A stretch of DNA of 64,000 nt from Octopus sinensis (Eukaryota), in assembly GCF_006345805.1 (NCBI RefSeq), contig NC_043024.1:19034001-19098000 (forward strand), read 5' to 3'. Positions 11,456 through 22,052 of this stretch are shown piece after piece. Both the position numbers and the translations under genes were made by a program. Below the pieces are notes generated by a model, which did no database searches, was not told the origin of the DNA, and saw only the letters and a program-made list of their open reading frames with translations. Positions within the stretch are counted from its first letter, which is position 1; every line of letters begins with the position of its first letter.

Positions 11456-12651
11456 CACCACACACACAATTGTGTGTGTGCACATGTGCACACAATATGC
11501 ACATATGCATGTATATAACCACACACACTTCTATAATACACAAATACCATTCTTCTTACACTAGATTTACTTTATAAAGCTATTAAGTAGTTTATAACAA
11601 AGTTGCTTTAAAATAATTAACAAACTACCATCATAACTTGCTTATTTCTTCTAATTTGAGAAACTGTAATGGCTTCATTTGAATTAGCAAATTCAGTGTG
11701 ATTACAACACCTAATTAAATGCAATATATGCTTTTAACTGATTAGCCAATAATTCTAGAGTTGTAATTTCAAATATCTAATAACATAATTGCTTTGCAAC
11801 ATAAACACAATAGTTTATTTATTTTTACTATGGTTCCAGTCATTGTAACCTGAACTTCTCTGAGAAATTATGCAGTGCTATACAAGACGGATCTTGGGGC
11901 CTCTTACAACTCTCTAAAAATACATGGCAGCCCTAAGTTTTTTTGTTTATTGATTACTTGTGAAAAAGGGGTCTCTTAGAAATTTATGGGGCCCCTACTT
12001 CACTGTAAGATCCATAAACTGATACACTAGCTTAGTTGTTCTCTAAAAAAACCTTGATTGCAGTCATGCAAATTATAAACCATGATTCAGTAGGTCCTTA
12101 TAACATTTATATGATATATATAATTTTTTGGCAACTCATTTTTAAATACTTTTCTATCTTTGCTATTTTCTTCTAAATATCTTATGATATATATATATAT
12201 ATATATATATTATAAAAATATAAAATGGAACAAGAACGCAAAACAACCGGGCAGTTAGGTGATACAAAAAAGGAGACAACAAAACATCCAGATAGATGAT
12301 ACAAAGAAAACAAGAATGGGTCATTTGGAGTTTTCTTTCCTCAGTCGAGTTCCAGATTATATATGCAATTTCGGCTGGTTATACTCGAGATTGTTCCAAT
12401 CTGGCCAGCCCCAAGGAAAAAACTAAGAAAACAAGGACTGAAAAAACGGAGAATGTTACATGAATACAAATAACAGGACATAACAACAGGTGTCTTTTGA
12501 CTAAGGACGAATTAAATTAAGCTGTAAATGTATGTATTTATGAATGTATGTATAAATTGAGGATATAATCATTAAAATGATTATATCAGTAGCCAGCATA
12601 TAAAAAAACGCCATATTGGTAAAATTAATATGTAAGTATATAATTATAAAA

Positions 12652-12948
12652 ATATAATTATAATTAAGGGTGGTGGAGGGACAATGCCTATATGCTAGAA
12701 GTAGATGTCAAATGTCTACAAACCACTATAAATTTGTCCTCCTTTTTGAAACAAGTCTGAATGTGAGGAAATGAACAAGAAGATTTTTAAAATTTTGAAC
12801 AGCTGAATTTTATAAATCTTCTTGTTCATTTCCTCGCATTCAGACTTGTGTAAAAAAGTAGGATAAATTAGAGTGGTTTGTAGACATTTGACATCTATTT
12901 CTAGCATACAGGCATTGTCCCTTCAGCACCCTTAATTATAATTATATA
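12652..12948. repeat. Long imperfect palindrome (~297 bp fold-back)
   Basis: Arms of about 145 bp are reverse complements; apex TTGAACAGCTGAA. Confidence 0.9.
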
Positions 12949-13258
12949 TATATATATATATATTATATATATTATATATATTATATATATATATAGCAAT
13001 TAAGGACAACTACTTAATAAGGAAAACTTAACAAGAAATTGTCAGGTAGATAGCGTGAAAACCTCATAAGAGAAAAAATTTCGAAAATAATTATTTCTTA
13101 TTGAACATATTAATTTATATATAGAGGGCATTATACATACATGCCAGAGGCATTATACATACATGCCACACGCTAAGAGGGACAATTAGTCATTTCTACC
13201 AAAAATATTACTAATCCCACCGAATGCAATTTTTCAAAGTAAGACGTTTAAAGAATAT

Positions 13259-13306
13259 AGACCTGTATCACAGTGATTTCATACTTACGTATTCATCAGC
13301 AGGCCT
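13259..13306 (-). ncRNA. Type I hammerhead ribozyme L1
   Basis: AGGCCTG-CTGATGA-ATAC GTAA GTAT-GAAA-TCAC T GTGA-TA-CAGGTCT. Confidence 0.88.
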
Positions 13307-13733
13307 GAATGTATTATAAATAAACAACGACCCTGCCCCGCTTAAGCCGATCAGCTAACTGATCAACATCAACGAAGCACATGGGTGAGTTTACATATAT
13401 TACATCCGGATAAATGGCAAACTTTTACGAATTGCATTTCGGGAGAGGAAAATTTTTTTCGGAATAAAAATTAGCAATTAAGGACAACTACTTAATAAGG
13501 AAAACTTAACAAGAAATTGTCAGGTAGATAGCGTGAAAACCTCATAAGAGAAAAAATTTCGAAAATATTATTTCTTATTGAACATATTAATTTATATATA
13601 GAGGGCATTATACATACATGCAGAAGGCATTATACATACATGCCACACCTAAGAGGGACAATTAGTCATTTCTACCAAAAATATTACTAATCCCACCGAA
13701 TGCAATTTTTCAAAGTAAGACGTTTAAAAATAT

Positions 13734-13781
13734 AGACCTGTATCACAGTGATTTCATACTTACGTATTCATCAGCAGGCCT
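13734..13781 (-). ncRNA. Type I hammerhead ribozyme L2
   Basis: Identical motif. Confidence 0.88.
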
Positions 13782-14211
13782 GAATGTATTATAATAAACA
13801 ACGACCCTGCCCCGCTTAAGCCGATCAGCTAACTGATCAACATCAACGAAGCACATGGGTGAGTTTACATATATTACATCCGGATAAATGGCAAACTTTT
13901 ACGAATTGCATTTCGGGAGAGGAAAGGTTTTTTTGGAATAAAAATTTAGCAATTAAGGACAACTACTTAATAAGGAAAACTTAACAAGAAATTGTCAGGT
14001 AGATAGCGTGAAAACCTCATAAGAGAAAAAATTTCGAAAATAATTATTTCTTATTGAACATATTAATTTATATATAGAGGGCATTATACATACATGCCAG
14101 AAGGCATTATACATACATGCCACACGCTAATAGGGACAATTAGTCATTTCTACCAAAAATATTACTAATCCCACCGAATGCAATTTTTCAAAGTAAGACG
14201 TTTAAAAATAT

Positions 14212-14259
14212 AGACCTGTATCACAGTGATTTCATACTTACGTATTCATCAGCAGGCCT
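14212..14259 (-). ncRNA. Type I hammerhead ribozyme L3
   Basis: Identical motif. Confidence 0.88.
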
Positions 14260-14682
14260 GAAGGTATTATAAATAAACAACGACCCTGCCCCGCTTAAGC
14301 CGATCAGCTAACTGATCAACATCAACGAAGCACATGGCGTGTGGCATGTATGTATAATGCCTTCTGGCATGTATGTATAATGCCCTCTATATATAAATTA
14401 ATATGTTCAATAAGAAATAATTATTTTCGAAATTTTTTCTCTTATGAGGTTTTCACGCTATCTACCTGACAATTTCTTGTTAAGTTTTCCTTATTAAGTA
14501 GTTGTCCTTAATTGCTAAATTTTTATTCCGAAAAAACTTTTCCTCTCCCGAAATGCAATTCGTAAAAGTTTGCCATTTATCCGGATGTAATATATGTAAA
14601 CTCACCCATGGCTTCGTTGATGTTGATCAGTTAGCTGATCGGCTTAAGCGGGGCAGGGTCGTTGTTTATTTATAATACATTC

Positions 14683-14729
14683 AGGCCTGCTGATGAATAC
14701 GTAAGTATGAAATCACTGTGATACGGTCT
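14683..14729 (+). ncRNA. Type I hammerhead ribozyme R1 (1-nt deletion in stem I 3' strand)
   Basis: Core intact; CGGTCT instead of CAGGTCT. Confidence 0.75.
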
Positions 14730-15156
14730 ATATTTTTTAAACGTCTTACTTTGAAAAATTGCATTCGGTGGGATTAGTAATATTTTTGGTAGAAAGGACT
14801 AATGTCCCTCTTAGCGTGTGGCATGTATGTATAATGCCTTCTGGCATGTATGTATAATGCCCTCTATATATAATTAATATGTTCAATAAGAAATAATTAT
14901 TTTCGAAATTTTTCTCTTATGAGGTTTTCACGCTATCTACCTGACAATTTCTTGTTAAGTTTTCCTTATTAAATAGTTGTCCTTAATTGCTAAATTTTTA
15001 TTCCGAAAAAACTTTTCCTCTCCCGAAATGCAATTCGTAAAAGTTGCCATTTATCCGGATGTAATATATGTAAACTCACCCATGTGCGTCGTTGATGTTG
15101 ATCAGTTAGCTGATCGGCTTAAGCGGGGCAGGGTCGTTGTTTATTATAATACATTC

Positions 15157-15204
15157 AGGCCTGCTGATGAATACGTAAGTATGAAATCACTGTGATACAG
15201 GTCT
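15157..15204 (+). ncRNA. Type I hammerhead ribozyme R2
   Basis: Intact motif; predicted cut between 15197 and 15198. Confidence 0.88.
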
Positions 15205-15632
15205 ATATTTTTTAAACGTCTTACTTTGAAAAATTGCATTCGGTGGGATTAGTAATATTTTTGGTAGAAATGACTAATTGTCCCTCTTAGCGTGTGGCAT
15301 GTATGTATAATGCCTTCTGGCATGTATGTATAATGCCCTCTATATATAAATTAATATGTTCAATAAGAAATATTATTTTCGAAATTTTTTCTCTTATGAG
15401 GTTTTCACGCTATCTACCTGACAATTTCTTGTTAAGTTTTCCTTATTAATAGTTGTCCTTAATTGCTAAATTTTTATTCCGAAAAAACTTTTCCTCTCCC
15501 GAAATGCATTCGTAAAAGTTTGCCATTTATCCGGATGTAATATATGTAACTCACCCATGTGCTTCGTTGATGTTGATCAGTTAGCTGATCGGCTTAAGCG
15601 GGGCAGGGTCGTTGTTTATTTATAATACATTC

Positions 15633-15679
15633 AGGCCTGCTGATGAATACGTAAGTATGAATCACTGTGATACAGGTCT
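15633..15679 (+). ncRNA. Type I hammerhead ribozyme R3 (GAAA reads GAA; inactive or consensus error)
   Basis: GTATGAATCAC at 15656-15665. Confidence 0.65.
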
Positions 15680-16107
15680 ATATTTTTTAAACGTCTTACT
15701 TTGAAAAATTGCATTCGGTGGGATTAGTAATATTTTTGGTAGAAAGGACTAATTGTCCCTCTTAGCGTGTGGCATGTATGTATAATGCCTTCTGGCATGT
15801 ATGTATAATGCCCTCTATATATAAATTAATATGTTCAATAAGAATAATTATTTTCGAAATTTTTTCTCTTATGAGGTTTTCACGCTATCTACCTGACAAT
15901 TTCTTGTTAAGTTTTCCTTATTAATAGTTGTCCTTAATTGCTAAATTTTTATTCGAAAAAACTTTTCCTCTCCCGAAATGCAATTCGTAAAAGTTTGCCA
16001 TTTATCCGGATGTAATATATGTAAACTCACCCATGTGCGTCGTTGATGTTGATCAGTTAGCTGATCGGCTTAAGCGGGGCAGGGTCGTTGTTTATTATAA
16101 TACATTC

Positions 16108-16155
16108 AGGCCTGCTGATGAATACGTAAGTATGAAATCACTGTGATACAGGTCT
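16108..16155 (+). ncRNA. Type I hammerhead ribozyme R4
   Basis: Intact motif. Confidence 0.88.
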
Positions 16156-16585
16156 ATATTTTTTAAACGTCTTACTTTGAAAAATTGCATTCGTGGGATT
16201 AGTAATATTTTTGGTAGAAATGACTAATTGTCCCTCTTAGCGTGTGGCATGTATGTATAATGCCTTCTGGCATGTATGTATAATGCCCTCTATATATAAA
16301 TTAATATGTTCAATAAGAATAATTATTTTCGAAATTTTTTCTCTTATGAGGTTTTCACGCTATCTACCTGACAATTTCTTGTTAAGTTTTCCTTATTAAA
16401 TAGTTGTCCTTAATTGCTAAATTTTTATTCCGAAAAAACTTTTCCTCTCCCGAAATGCAATTCGTAAAAGTTTGCCATTTATCCGGATGTAATATATGTA
16501 AACTCACCCATGTGCATCGTTGATGTTGATCAGTTAGCTGATCGGCTTAAGCGGGGCAGGGTCGTTGTTTATTTATAATACATTC

Positions 16586-16633
16586 AGGCCTGCTGATGAA
16601 TACGTAAGTATGAAATCACTGTGATACAGGTCT
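16586..16633 (+). ncRNA. Type I hammerhead ribozyme R5
   Basis: Intact motif; predicted cut after 16626. Confidence 0.88.
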
Positions 16634-17065
16634 ATATTTTTTAAACGTCTTACTTTGAAAAATTGCATTCGGTGGGAATAGTAATATTTTTGGTAGAAAT
16701 GACTAATTGTCCCTCTTAGCGTGTGGCATGTATGTATAATGCCTTCTGGCATGTATGTATAATGCCCTCTATATATAAATTAATATGTTCAATAAGAAAT
16801 AATTATTTTCGAAATTTTTTCTCTTATGAGGTTTTCACGCTATCTACCTGACAATTTCTTGTTAAGTTTTCCTTATTAAATAGTTGTCCTTAATTGCTAA
16901 ATTTTTATTCCGAAAAAACTTTTCCTCTCCGGAAATGCAATTCGTAAAAGTTTGCCATTTATCCGGATGTAATATATGTAAACTCACCCATGTGCTTCGT
17001 TGATGTTGATCAGTTAGCTGATCGGCTTAAGCGGGGCAGGGTCGTTGTTTATTTATAATACATTC

Positions 17066-17113
17066 AGGCCTGCTGATGAATACGTAAGTATGAAATCACT
17101 GTGATACAGGTCT
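17066..17113 (+). ncRNA. Type I hammerhead ribozyme R6
   Basis: Intact motif; predicted cut after 17106. Confidence 0.88.
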
Positions 17114-17544
17114 ATATTTTTTAAACGTCTTACTTTGAAAAATTGCATTCGGTGGGATTAGTAATATTTTTGGTAGAAATGACTAATTGTCCCTATTAGC
17201 GTGTGGCATGTATGTATAATGCCTTCTGGCATGTATGTATAATGCCCTCTATATATAAATTAATATGTTCAATAAGAAATAATTATTTTCGAAATTTTTT
17301 CTCTTATGAGGTTTTCACGCTATCTACCTGACAATTTCTTGTTAAGTTTTCCTTATTAAATAGTTGTCCTTAATTGCTAAATTTTTATTCCGAAAAAACT
17401 TTTCCTCTCCCGAAATGCAATTCGTAAAAGTTTGCCATTAACCGGATGTAATATATGTAAACTCACCCATGTGCTTCGTTGATGTTGATCAGTTAGCTGA
17501 TCGGCTTAAGCGGGGCAGGGTCGTTGTTTATTTATAATACATTC

Positions 17545-17592
17545 AGGCCTGCTGATGAATACGTAAGTATGAAATCACTGTGATACAGGTCT
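17545..17592 (+). ncRNA. Type I hammerhead ribozyme R7
   Basis: Intact motif; predicted cut after 17585. Confidence 0.88.
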
Positions 17593-17751
17593 ATATTTTT
17601 TAAACGTCTTACTTTGAAAAATTGCATTCGGTGGGATTAGTAATATTTTTGGTAGAAATGACTAATTGTCCCTCTTAGCGTGTGGCATGTATGTATAATG
17701 CCTTCTGGCATGTATGTATAATGCCCTCTATATATATATATATATATAATG

Positions 17752-17793
<42 letters not shown>

Positions 17794-17804
17794 GTATATA
17801 TATG

Positions 17805-18005
17805 ATCTGGCAGTGTTTCTACAGCTGGATGCCCTTCCTAACGCCCACCACTCCATGAGTGTAGTGGGTGCTTTTTATGTGCCACCGGGACGGAGGCCAG
17901 TCAGGGCGGTGCTGGCAATGGCCACGTTCGGATGGTTCTCTTACGTGCCACCGGCACTGGTATCACAGCTACAATTTCCATTGATGTTGATCGATTTTGA
18001 TTTTG
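17805..18005 (-). mobile_element. Family A internal fragment (RTE 3' UTR) flanked by (TA)n
   Basis: ATCTGGCAGTGTTTCTACAGCTGGATGCCCTTCCTAACGCC matches 20274-20315. Confidence 0.8.
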
Positions 18006-18116
18006 ATTTTATATATATATATATATATATATATAATAATAAATATTAGGGAATAAATCCAATTTACAGGGAAAAAAATCAGATTTAGGATTAAATCCAA
18101 TTTTATAGTAAAATAT

Positions 18117-18316
18117 TATAAAATATTATTAGAGACAAAACCACTATTTTGCAAAACAAACAAGGAAAGACTTAATCAATACATAAAATTTTAATAAATA
18201 GTCAAAAAAACAAGAAACGATTGTAGTGGCGGTTTTTTTGACTATTTATTAAAATTTTATGTATTGATCAAGTCTTTCCTTGTTTGTTTTGCAAAATAGT
18301 GGTTTTGTCTCTAATA

Positions 18317-18326
<10 letters not shown>
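18117..18326. repeat. Fold-back palindrome, ~95-bp arms with 20-bp spacer
   Basis: Arms 18117-18211 and 18232-18326 are near-perfect reverse complements; spacer AAGAAACGATTGTAGTGGCG. Confidence 0.92.
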
Positions 18327-18353
<27 letters not shown>

Positions 18354-19309
18354 CCACACGCACGTGTTCATATATATATTCCTCAAAATTTCATTCATGC
18401 AATGTTCTTTGTTTCTAGTTCTCTGTATAAAACATGTCCACGGAATTTGTTGTTCAATAGTCTTGAGATTGCTACCTCACATGGAAACGTGTTGATTGGC
18501 AGTGGGGCGGGAGTAGAGGGAGTTGGGACCTTCTACTACAATTTAAGGCTAATCCAAGGCTTGTGAGTAATTTGGATAGACAAACAGCCTGTGACCTTGT
18601 TCCATGAGATATGTCACTTTTTGGGTTTTAGCAAGCAATAAAACCAAATCATTTTCCTAAATTGGCATTCTGTAAAATTACACCAATCTTTTCAGAGAAT
18701 AGCGAAAAATGGTTATAATAAAAAATTGCACAGCAATATACATTACAATTCCCATTTCTTTAGAATATTCTGGACTCAGAATACAGAACAGAATAAACTT
18801 ATTCATTATATTTGTTTACAGATATCAACAGAATTATCGGAGCTACTTACATTGAGAAACTCTAGAACAAACCTCGCAATGTGATTAAAGCAACGAATTA
18901 TAGCTTACTGTCGGTAAGAATCCAGAATAATAACTACGATTCCATCTTTTTAGTCTTTTAACAAAATTAGACATCAGTACTGCTTAACTTCACCAGCACC
19001 CAAAGCACATGAAATTACTGTGAAAAGACATCAATTTATTCTAGTAATTCCTTGTAATTTCCTGACATAAATCATATCCGTTCTGCGTATAAGATTCCAC
19101 AGGCAGCAACAGACCTTAACTAGCACTTGGTGCTTAGTATGGAAGTTCTGTGTCTGCATCAGAGTGCAGCACATTAGCAAAGAAATATTTATGCATTTGG
19201 AAAGAACGTATTATGTATTCCAGTCAGGAGAATATAATGTGTCAGAACTTCAAAAACACTTGGACTAATAACTAATCAATAACACTGCCATAGAAATACT
19301 AATAACAAC

Positions 19310-19350
<41 letters not shown>

Positions 19351-19416
19351 TATTGTTATATTTTGGAATATATAGATATATATAAACGTATATATATATA
19401 CACATACATATATATA

Positions 19417-19467
<51 letters not shown>

Positions 19468-19484
19468 TATATATATATACACAC

Positions 19485-19520
<36 letters not shown>

Positions 19521-19861
19521 TAGATAGATATGAATATAAAAAGCAGCAAAAGACAATGTTTTGTATTTCATAATCCTACATGTAGCAAGTAAAAACTTGG
19601 GGACACATTGTATACATGCATATATAGATATATGAATATACATGTGTGTGTGTGTAAATATCTATAGATATATCTACTTACACACACACACACACATACA
19701 CATGCATACATACATATATACATATCTATGTACACACTAACATACATAATTATACATATTTGTACATACATATATGTATGTTTCTCTCTCTCTCTCTCTC
19801 TCTCTATATAATATATATATATAATATATATATATATATTATATATATATAATATATACAC

Positions 19862-19956
<95 letters not shown>

Positions 19957-19963
19957 TATACAC

Positions 19964-20005
<42 letters not shown>

Positions 20006-20061
20006 TATATATATACACATATACATATATATATATATATACACATACATACACACATATA

Positions 20062-20097
<36 letters not shown>

Positions 20098-20168
20098 CAC
20101 ACATATATATAATAATATATGTATATATACACACACACACACACATATATATGTATATATATATATAT
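19310..20168. repeat. Compound (TA)n/(CA)n/(TC)n microsatellite field
   Basis: Directly visible. Confidence 0.95.
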
Positions 20169-22052
20169 CATCATCATCATCATCATCATTTAGCGTCCGT
20201 TTTCCATGCTAGCATGGGTTGGACGGTTCTACTGGGGTCTGTGAAGCCAGAAGGCTTCATCAGGCCCAGTCAAATCTGGCAGTGTTTCTACGGCTGGATG
20301 CCCTTCCTAACGCCAACCACTCCGTGAGTGTAGTGGGTGCTTTTTACGTGCCACCCGCACTGGTGCCAGACAGAGCTGGCAAACGGCCACGAACGGATGG
20401 TGCTTTTTATGTGCCACCGGCACGAGGGCCAGCCGAGGCTGGCAACGGACACGAAACGGGGCGGTGCTGGCAACGGTCGCGAAACGGAAAGTTCTCTTAC
20501 ATGCCACCGGCACTGGTAACACATCTGCAATTTCCATTGATCGATTTCCATTCTGATCCTCACTTGCCTAAATGGGTCTTCACAAGCAGAGTTTCGACAT
20601 GCCACCGGCACTGGTGGCACATCCGCAATTTCCATTGATCGATTTCGATTCTGATCCTCACTTGCCTCAACACGTCTTCACAAGTAGAGTTTTGTGTCCC
20701 AAGAAGGGAAGGTATGCATACGTAGGCTGGCTCCATCCCATGTAGAAGGCCACGGGTTGTGGACTCACTTGTCCTGCCGGGTCTTCTCGCGCACAGCACA
20801 CTTCCAGAGGTCTCGGTCTCTAGTCATTTCCTCAGTGAGACCTAAAGTTTGAAGGTCGTGCTTCACCACCTCGTCCCAGGTTTTCCTGGGTCTGCTTCTT
20901 CCACAGGTTCCCTCAACTGCTAGGGTGTGGCACTTTTTCACACAACTATCTTCATCCATTCTCGCCACATGACCATACCAGCGCAAACGTCTCTCTTGCA
21001 CACCACAACTGATGCTTCTTAGGTCCAGCTTTTCTCTCAAGGTACTTTCACTCTGCCGAGTGTGAGTACCGGCATTACACATCCATCGGAGCATACTGGC
21101 TTCATTTCTAGCGAGCTTACGCATATCCTCAGCAGTCACGGCCCATGTTTCACTGCCATGTAGCATGGCCGTTCGTACACACGCATCATACAGTCTGCCT
21201 TTCACTCTGTGCGAGAGGCCTTTTGTCACCAGCAGAGGTAAGAGCTCTCTGAACTTTGCCCAAGCTATTCTTACTCTAGCAGTTACACTTTCAGCACACC
21301 CGCCCCCGCTGCTGACTTGGTCACCTAGGTAACGGAAACTATCAACTATTTCTAGTTTTTCTCCCTGGAAAGTGACGGAAGTTGGTCTCAGAGCATTTTC
21401 AGTGTTTATTGTTCCTGAGCATCTGCCACATACAAAACCATCTTCCTAGTTAGCCTTCCTTTGACATTGCTGCATCTCTTATGTGTCCATAGCTTACACT
21501 TGGTGCATCTTATAGAGTTTCTACCTACACCTTTTCTACAGATCGAGCAGGGCCATCTACCTGAAGGTGTTTGTGATTTGTCTACCTTCCTACTGATTAC
21601 GACTTTGGTTTTAGCTAGATTGACTCTGAGGCCCTTCGATTCTAATCCTTGTTTCCACACCTGAAACTTCTCCTCCAGTTCTGATAGCGACTCAGCAATT
21701 AGAGCAAGGTCATCAGCATAGAGGAGCTCCCAAGGGCATCCTGTCTTGAATTCCTCCGTTATTGCCTGGAGGACTATGATAAATAGGAGGGGGCTGAGTA
21801 CTGAGCCTTGGTGGACCCCTACCTCTACCCGGAATTCTTCACTGTACTCATTTTCAACCCTCACCCTACTAGCGGCGTCCCTATACATGGCCCGCACAGC
21901 TCTCACTAACCATTCATCTATCCCTAGTTTTCTCATTGCCCACCAGATAAGGGATCGGGGGACCCTGTCGAAGGCTTTCTCCATGTCAACAAAAGCCAGG
22001 TACAGGGGCTTATCTTTGGCTAGGTATTTCTCCTGCAGCTGCCTTACCAGGA
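20169..22052 (-). mobile_element. 5'-truncated RTE-clade LINE with ~600-bp 3' UTR and (GAT)n tail
   Basis: RT motifs AFVDMEKAFD, GVHQGSVLSPLLF, LLYADD; C-terminus RGRSRPRKTW-like; candidate 16-bp TSD ATATATATATATATCA at 20155-20170 and 22053-22068. Confidence 0.92.
20765..22050 (-). pseudogene. RTE ORF2 remnant: reverse transcriptase, PHD-type C4HC3 finger and thumb, split by one 1-bp deletion near 21436
   Basis: Track ORFs 21406-21984 and 20765-21229 join into one frame (…RKMVFVCGRCSG…VDSFRYLGD…ARVRIAWAKFREL…) if one T is restored. Confidence 0.88.

Larger units (their letters stand above)
12994..14336 (-). repeat. Retrozyme-like tandem array, left arm (~2.8 units of 475-478 bp; HHR on minus strand)
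   Basis: HHR landmarks at 13259, 13734, 14212; starts directly after (TA)n. Confidence 0.9.
14337..17729 (+). repeat. Retrozyme-like tandem array, right arm (~7.1 units of 474-480 bp; HHR on plus strand)
   Basis: Reverse complement of the left-arm unit; HHR landmarks at 14683, 15157, 15633, 16108, 16586, 17066, 17545; ends in (TA)n. Confidence 0.9.

Noticed and set aside
11885-12015. Short inverted words GGATCTT/AAGATCC suggesting a MITE
   Set aside because: Only 7 bp, no TSD, single copy in the window
12240-12500. Repeat-like segment with minus-strand CTGAGGA and GCCGAAATTGC
   Set aside because: Motif order and pairing do not give a coherent hammerhead; family not assignable
13280-13290. 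CATACTTAC resembling the U1 snRNA 5' end, or GTAAGTAT as a splice donor, in every array unit
   Set aside because: No further U1 similarity; the sequence is explained by HHR stem II with its GUAA loop
16700-16800. Possible Pol III A/B boxes in the retrozyme unit (TGGCATGTATG, GTTCAATAAG)
   Set aside because: Poor match to consensus, and many T4+ runs on that strand would terminate Pol III
12994-17729. CRISPR-like, rDNA spacer or snRNA gene cluster interpretation of the array
   Set aside because: No unique spacers, no cas genes, no rRNA or snRNA similarity recognised
18822-18913. Exon-like segment with good acceptor and GTAAGA donor
   Set aside because: Stops in all three frames; could only be non-coding and has no other support
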